DNA of 64,000 nt from positions 1 to 64,000 of the IMG/VR virus record IMGVR_UViG_3300007512_000011. One strand, 5' to 3'. The notes under the pieces are model-generated. The model did no database searches. It saw only the letters and a list, made by a program, of their open reading frames with translations, and was not told the origin of the DNA. This DNA comes from a virus. The position numbers and the translations under genes are program-made. This document shows positions 59,298-64,000 of this stretch, in pieces; the first letter of the stretch is position 1; each line of letters starts with the position of its first letter.

Positions 59298-60668
59298 TTA
59301 GCCTTCATTTATTTCTTTCCATTTGCTTCGCAGCAAACCTTTCATCGCGTCTCGGTCAGATGACATTATCTCATTCAAGGACATTTCAGCGTCTTCTTCT
59401 AAAATAACTAATTTAGACCTTGACGTATCGAGATTTATCGGAAACAAAATTCCATCTCGGCCCGCTCTATTTTTTGCAATGAATAGTCGACCAGCTCCCG
59501 AGGCCTTTTCTATTGGCTTACGAGAAAGGGATAATACAACATCTGCAACCATTGCCTTGCCATATGCCTCTGACATGTTCTCTAAACCCACCACTGAAGA
59601 ATTTGCCGATTCTCGATTTGCCTGTGATGCTGTCCAAATCGGTATATTCATATCCATTGCCAAATTTCTCAATTCTTCATAAATCAATTTGAGCTCATGC
59701 CTTAAATTTTCATACTTTCTGGACGATCTCATGATGTCTGCGTAATCAATAATTATCAAACTTGGAGCAAAAGACTTGAGTAAAACCTTCTCAATATGGT
59801 TTCTCAAAGTCATCACAGAGGCAGACCCGGTTGGAAAGGACTTTATAATTAATCGACCCAAGTCTGATCCCTCATATTTCTTTAAAACTTCATCTTTTCG
59901 ATCAATGACCTCATGGCTAGGAACATCTGTCAAGTTCGAATCATATCTCAATCCAACTGCTGTTTCTGACAACTCAAATGTGTAGTGAATCACATTCTTA
60001 CCTACCCTTAATGCTTCACATCCTGTGTGAACCAGAAAGTGAGACTTGCCCACACCAGTGTTGGCAATGATCACGCCTATCTCCCCCCTTCCTAGCCCAC
60101 CATTTAAAACTGTCTTCTTGTCAAGATGAGCTAATCCTGTCGGGCATGTTATTCTTGAAATCGTTTCAAATCTAGCACTAGCGTCTATAAAAAAATCATG
60201 ACCAAGGCTCGAGGGAGTTCCTACTGCCAAGGCATCCTTCATTAAATCAACAACACATTCATATTTGTCTGTAGAAACCATTTCAACCGCTTTTTCAAGT
60301 GCTGCTCGAAGTGCCTGTTTCCGACAAAAATCAAGTGTCTTATCTTTTACAAATTGTAAGTCTCCAACATCAGGATTCGTCTTAATTCGGTGCAGAAAAT
60401 CTACGATCTGATCTCGTAAGAGAATGTCTGCACCCTCCTTTAGATCATCTCTCACTATTGTTATAAGCAGAGAGAGTGTCGGAAATGCCTTGTATTTTAG
60501 ATAATAGTTGAAATATCTCTCAGTAAGATACCTGAGATATTTTACATCAAAGTACTCCGGAGTCATCATCTCAGTCATTTGTGCTGACCATTTTTGATCA
60601 GTCAAAAAACACTGAAAAATCTTTTCTTCGAAGCTTTTTCCGTACTGTTTAAAGTGTGCAACAGGCAT
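59298..60668 (-). CDS. DnaB/gp41-type replicative helicase
   Basis: ANTGVGKS, FELSE, IIDYADI, WTASQANR, AKNRAG. Confidence 0.92.
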   Translation of the reverse strand: MPVAHFKQYGKSFEEKIFQCFLTDQKWSAQMTEMMTPEYFDVKYLRYLTERYFNYYLKYKAFPTLSLLITIVRDDLKEGADILLRDQIVDFLHRIKTNPDVGDLQFVKDKTLDFCRKQALRAALEKAVEMVSTDKYECVVDLMKDALAVGTPSSLGHDFFIDASARFETISRITCPTGLAHLDKKTVLNGGLGRGEIGVIIANTGVGKSHFLVHTGCEALRVGKNVIHYTFELSETAVGLRYDSNLTDVPSHEVIDRKDEVLKKYEGSDLGRLIIKSFPTGSASVMTLRNHIEKVLLKSFAPSLIIIDYADIMRSSRKYENLRHELKLIYEELRNLAMDMNIPIWTASQANRESANSSVVGLENMSEAYGKAMVADVVLSLSRKPIEKASGAGRLFIAKNRAGRDGILFPINLDTSRSKLVILEEDAEMSLNEIMSSDRDAMKGLLRSKWKEINEG

Positions 60669-61639
60669 TAAGATTTCTTTGTGCTGATGTAATTTAGAGC
60701 CAAAAATACTCTATCAACATTAAATGTCTGAATGCCTTCGTGCAAAAACATTCTCATCATCTGCATTTTATTCTTGGCTGGGCTGAAAGTATCAACAGTT
60801 TCGTTTATTCTTTTAATTTGCGATGCAGCAAGGTTAGAGGTGTCTAGATAAATTAGCTTCCAGTTTCTCTCTATTTTCGCCTTCGAACTAATAATTCTTT
60901 GAAAAACCTTCACCTTACTACCTTCCTGAATAGCTTTTTCAGCTTGCTCAACTATCTGATTGACATTTATGCTTTGCTTTCCAGCTAGATCTGGAAATCT
61001 CTTGGCCACAGTTTTAAACCCAGCACCTTTTACTCCGTCTATATTGTCTGATGCGTCACCACAGATTGATTTTGCTAGACAAAAATTGGTAGGTGATATT
61101 TTAAACTTTTCTGTAACCTCCTTTGAGGTTACCATCTTTTTCCATGTGGGTGAGTAAATAATAGTCTTGGAGTCTAGAAGTTGGTAAAAATCATGATCAG
61201 ATGAAACCACAAGCTTTCTCTTATTTGGAAACTTATATCGACACAGGTACCCTATAACATCGTCTGCTTCACACTCTGGAACGTAGATCTGGCAAATAGG
61301 GATATTTCCAATAAGTGAGACCAGAGTTGAAATTTGATGATTTCTATTTTGGACTGTATCAGGCAGGTCTTTCTCATAATACCTGTTAAGCTTTGCGGGT
61401 CTCCTGTGCTGTTTATACTCTTTAAAAATCGCCCGCTTTCGAGTTGATCCGCCACCTTCCCATACAATAATTGTTTGCTCTGGCTTATATCGCTCAATCA
61501 GATCAACAACAGCATAGAGAAATCCAACAATTCCACCAACGTGACCACCATTAGCGTTGACAGCAGGATGTGCAACATAGTGCCTTGTAAACAAATTCAA
61601 GGCATCTACAATTAGAATTACCCGGCCTTCATCGGTCAA
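60668..61639 (-). CDS. 5'-3' exonuclease / flap endonuclease (T4 RNase H-like)
   Basis: IVDALN, YKQHR, EADDVIG, SSDHDFYQL, GDASDNIDGV. Confidence 0.92.
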   Translation of the reverse strand: MTDEGRVILIVDALNLFTRHYVAHPAVNANGGHVGGIVGFLYAVVDLIERYKPEQTIIVWEGGGSTRKRAIFKEYKQHRRPAKLNRYYEKDLPDTVQNRNHQISTLVSLIGNIPICQIYVPECEADDVIGYLCRYKFPNKRKLVVSSDHDFYQLLDSKTIIYSPTWKKMVTSKEVTEKFKISPTNFCLAKSICGDASDNIDGVKGAGFKTVAKRFPDLAGKQSINVNQIVEQAEKAIQEGSKVKVFQRIISSKAKIERNWKLIYLDTSNLAASQIKRINETVDTFSPAKNKMQMMRMFLHEGIQTFNVDRVFLALNYISTKKS

Positions 61640-62802
61640 TCTGTTGCCTCGAGACTACACTCACTCATAGCATCTGCTAAAGATTTCATCTCTTCATAGG
61701 ACTCTGTATCTATTTCTAGATTATCTTGATTAAACTTTTTCACCATTGCATATTCTAAGAGATCATCTATGTAAGCTGTATATTCGGGATTTCTCATTAT
61801 TTCACCAAACTTTGGCTTATGAAACTTCTTCTCAATAAGAATTTCACCAGTTTGTGTGTCTGTTACGGTTAGGCGCTTCCAAGAACCTGTTCCTGATACA
61901 GAGACCTCCTTTCCCTTGATCACTTCTGGCCCATGCTTTCTTAGCAGATCGAATATCTGCTCATGCTCCTTAATACCCACACCGAAGTGAATCTCAAAAT
62001 TAATCTTTCTAAAAGGAGGGGCGACCTTATTCTTAATGGTCTTAGCAGAAACATGAATACCGATCACATCATCACCATCCTTAATCTGCTGGCCAGCTCC
62101 TAGCTTGATTCTTGTGGAGGCATGAAATGGAATTGCCTTTCCTCCCGGTGTCGTATCAGGATCACCATACATCACTCCGATCTTAGTTCGAATCTGATTA
62201 AGGATTACAAATAGAACATTTTGATTTGCAATCACCCCTGTGATCTTTCTCATGCCCTTAGAAATCGCACGAGCTTGTAATCCGATGGACTCCTTATCAT
62301 AGTCTCCAATTAGCTCAGCCTTGGGTGATGATGCAGCAACAGAATCCCAGACAATGGTGATTGGCACATCCTTATCCATCGCCTTTGCCTTCATAATAGT
62401 CGCCTCTGCAATAGAGAGAACCTCTTCCGTGCAATGAGTGTCAACATACACAAATCTCTTTGACACATCAACGCCTAGCATCTTTAAGTTTTCTACAGAA
62501 GTCGCATTTTCTGTGTCAATATAAACAACAATTCCACCCATTTTTTGGGTTGTTCTAGCAATCTGTGTGGCTATGTGAGACTTTCCAATGGACGGTGGTC
62601 CAAAAACCTCTACAATTCTCCCTTCAGGAAGACCTCCACCCCTTCTATTAGAGCAAATATAGTCAAGCAGCTTTGACCCTGTTGAAATCCACCGCTCAAC
62701 ATGAGTCGGTGAAATATCCTGGCTGAGATTGTATGCTACCTGCGTGCCATGCTCCTTGTTTAGAGCATTAATTAAGTCTACAGTAAAATCCTGATTTGAC
62801 AT
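61636..62802 (-). CDS. recA: recombinase RecA
   Basis: ISTGS..LD, GGLPEGRIVE.FGPPSIGKS, DSVAA, GLQAR, NQIR, GGKAIPF. Confidence 0.95.
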   Translation of the reverse strand: MSNQDFTVDLINALNKEHGTQVAYNLSQDISPTHVERWISTGSKLLDYICSNRRGGGLPEGRIVEVFGPPSIGKSHIATQIARTTQKMGGIVVYIDTENATSVENLKMLGVDVSKRFVYVDTHCTEEVLSIAEATIMKAKAMDKDVPITIVWDSVAASSPKAELIGDYDKESIGLQARAISKGMRKITGVIANQNVLFVILNQIRTKIGVMYGDPDTTPGGKAIPFHASTRIKLGAGQQIKDGDDVIGIHVSAKTIKNKVAPPFRKINFEIHFGVGIKEHEQIFDLLRKHGPEVIKGKEVSVSGTGSWKRLTVTDTQTGEILIEKKFHKPKFGEIMRNPEYTAYIDDLLEYAMVKKFNQDNLEIDTESYEEMKSLADAMSECSLEATD

Positions 62803-62848
62803 TCTTTCTCCACTCATTATCTTACAGTGACAGAACAGGTATGTTCAA

Positions 62849-62872
62849 GGCGGGGTGCGTGATGCACCCCGC
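62849..62872. terminator. GC-rich hairpin between ssb and recA
   Basis: GCGGGGTGC/GCACCCCGC stem; weak U-tract on the coding strand; abuts TTGAAC-N18-TAAGAT. Confidence 0.55.
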
Positions 62873-62884
62873 AAAAAACAGAAA

Positions 62885-63649
62885 CTATTCGTCGTCGATG
62901 AGATCAGCAAAGGCCTCATCGATGCTCTTGTAGTTAGATTCAGCTGAAGCCGATGTCTCAGAAAGTGTGGTGCCCACATCTTCTTCAGCCTCATCATCAT
63001 CACTCAGCCAGTCATTGATAATCTTTGAGAGCTCATCATAAGACTTGCACTGATATGTCTCGGTTACATCTGGAATACTAGAAGTCCACTCTTTTGCCCG
63101 ATCTGTATCTTCAGACAGAAGAGATTGCTTGCCTCGTGGGCGAACCTCAGTCATCGACCATTGCCGACCAGGCTGCTTGGTGCATGTGACCTTGATATCA
63201 CGGCCTGTTTGTGGATCTGTGATATCTCCGTAGTCCTCATCAAGCATCAGTCCCAGAAGATTCTGATAAACAGTCTTACCAAAACCCCAGATCTGAACAC
63301 CCTTGTCCTCCTCTCCTCGGACAACAACGGGCGCGTAAGTACGCATCTTAGGATAGAGCTTCTTAGCGAGCTCATAGGATTCCTTAGAACCTTCCTCACG
63401 AAGCTTTGTAATTAGCTCCTGAATCGGATCAGGATCATTGAACTGATAAGGTGCCAAAAGACCCCTCTCATTTCCAATGTTATAGTAGAACCACAACTCC
63501 TTAAATGGTTGGCCATCATTATCTGGGAAAGATAGAAGACGTACTGTGTGCTCCTCTCCCTCTTGTGGTCGCCACATAAGGGACCTATTTCTATTTGTTC
63601 CGCTTAGTCTGTCAAGCTTTTTACGGATTGCATCAAAATCAACTGCCAT
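62885..63649 (-). CDS. single-stranded DNA-binding protein, gp32-like
   Basis: VRLL.FP, DPI, WGFGKTVY, DITDP.TGRDI, acidic tail IDEAFADL; placed next to recA. Confidence 0.8.
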   Translation of the reverse strand: MAVDFDAIRKKLDRLSGTNRNRSLMWRPQEGEEHTVRLLSFPDNDGQPFKELWFYYNIGNERGLLAPYQFNDPDPIQELITKLREEGSKESYELAKKLYPKMRTYAPVVVRGEEDKGVQIWGFGKTVYQNLLGLMLDEDYGDITDPQTGRDIKVTCTKQPGRQWSMTEVRPRGKQSLLSEDTDRAKEWTSSIPDVTETYQCKSYDELSKIINDWLSDDDEAEEDVGTTLSETSASAESNYKSIDEAFADLIDDE

Positions 63650-63750
63650 TGTTCCTCCAATTTTTAATGTTCAATGTGTAGTTTTTGCAATATGCAAATA
63701 ATATTATGCTTAATTTTAGATCAATGTTCAAATAATTTTATGTTTTATGC

Positions 63751-63999
63751 TTAGTTTTTCTTTTTCTTTTTTCGCTTGCTGCCAGACTTCTCTGCAATTC
63801 CCTTTGCCCACTTTTCTGCCGCTGTATAAATAAGTGCTGGATCCTGTGGGTTTACAAGAGACCCACCGTAAAATGCTGCATTTTTCTTGGCCTGGGCCAT
63901 GTATGTCTGCCGAGAAGGACTCTTTCCTTGCGGACCTGTGCCCAAAGGAGTAACTGGACCGCCGCCGATGGCGCTGGTGCCGGAGGCCTCTCCTATCTC
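63751..63999 (-). CDS. partial hypothetical protein (open to the window edge)
   Basis: Frame is open from 63999: EIGEASGTSAIGGGPVTPLG... Confidence 0.6.
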   Translation of the reverse strand, partial: EIGEASGTSAIGGGPVTPLGTGPQGKSPSRQTYMAQAKKNAAFYGGSLVNPQDPALIYTAAEKWAKGIAEKSGSKRKKKKKN

Positions 64000-64000
64000 G

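Overview
The window is a 64 kb segment of a large (jumbo-type) tailed bacteriophage genome. It is read in the standard code, genes are densely packed, and all but one are on the minus strand. It carries a tRNA-Leu(TAA) and a 5' tRNA half; host-like genes (greA, sigma-70-like factor, groEL, dnaK, dnaJ, clpP, Fe/Mn SOD, pterin dehydratase, acyl-CoA thioesterase); a replication block (gp32-like SSB, recA, 5'-3' exonuclease, DnaB-type helicase, class II RNR, dnaE); a nucleotide metabolism/repair block; three repeat-rich tail-fibre-like genes; and an amidase. Main observations: (1) A putative late operon with two Pol-beta-type nucleotidyltransferases, a metallophosphoesterase and a 1429-aa four-enzyme protein (HxGH transferase / KxDG ligase-like / nucleotidyltransferase / PD-(D/E)xK nuclease). 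Its domains are separated by L-x-E helical linkers of the type seen on many other late proteins here, suggesting a protease-processed, virion-packaged enzyme kit. (2) A sigma-70 lacking region 4.2, followed immediately by a separate HTH gene, plus seven copies of a non-canonical CGTGYAA-N17-TAnnAT promoter. (3) A second motif, ATAHTTA, upstream of about 15 virion-type genes. (4) A dNMP-kinase/thymidylate-synthase-like fusion with the dCMP-specific Asp, a Cys-variant ThyX, two all-alpha NTP pyrophosphatases and an MBD4-like glycosylase, suggesting modified cytosine. All family calls come from motif recognition by eye; no searches were run.
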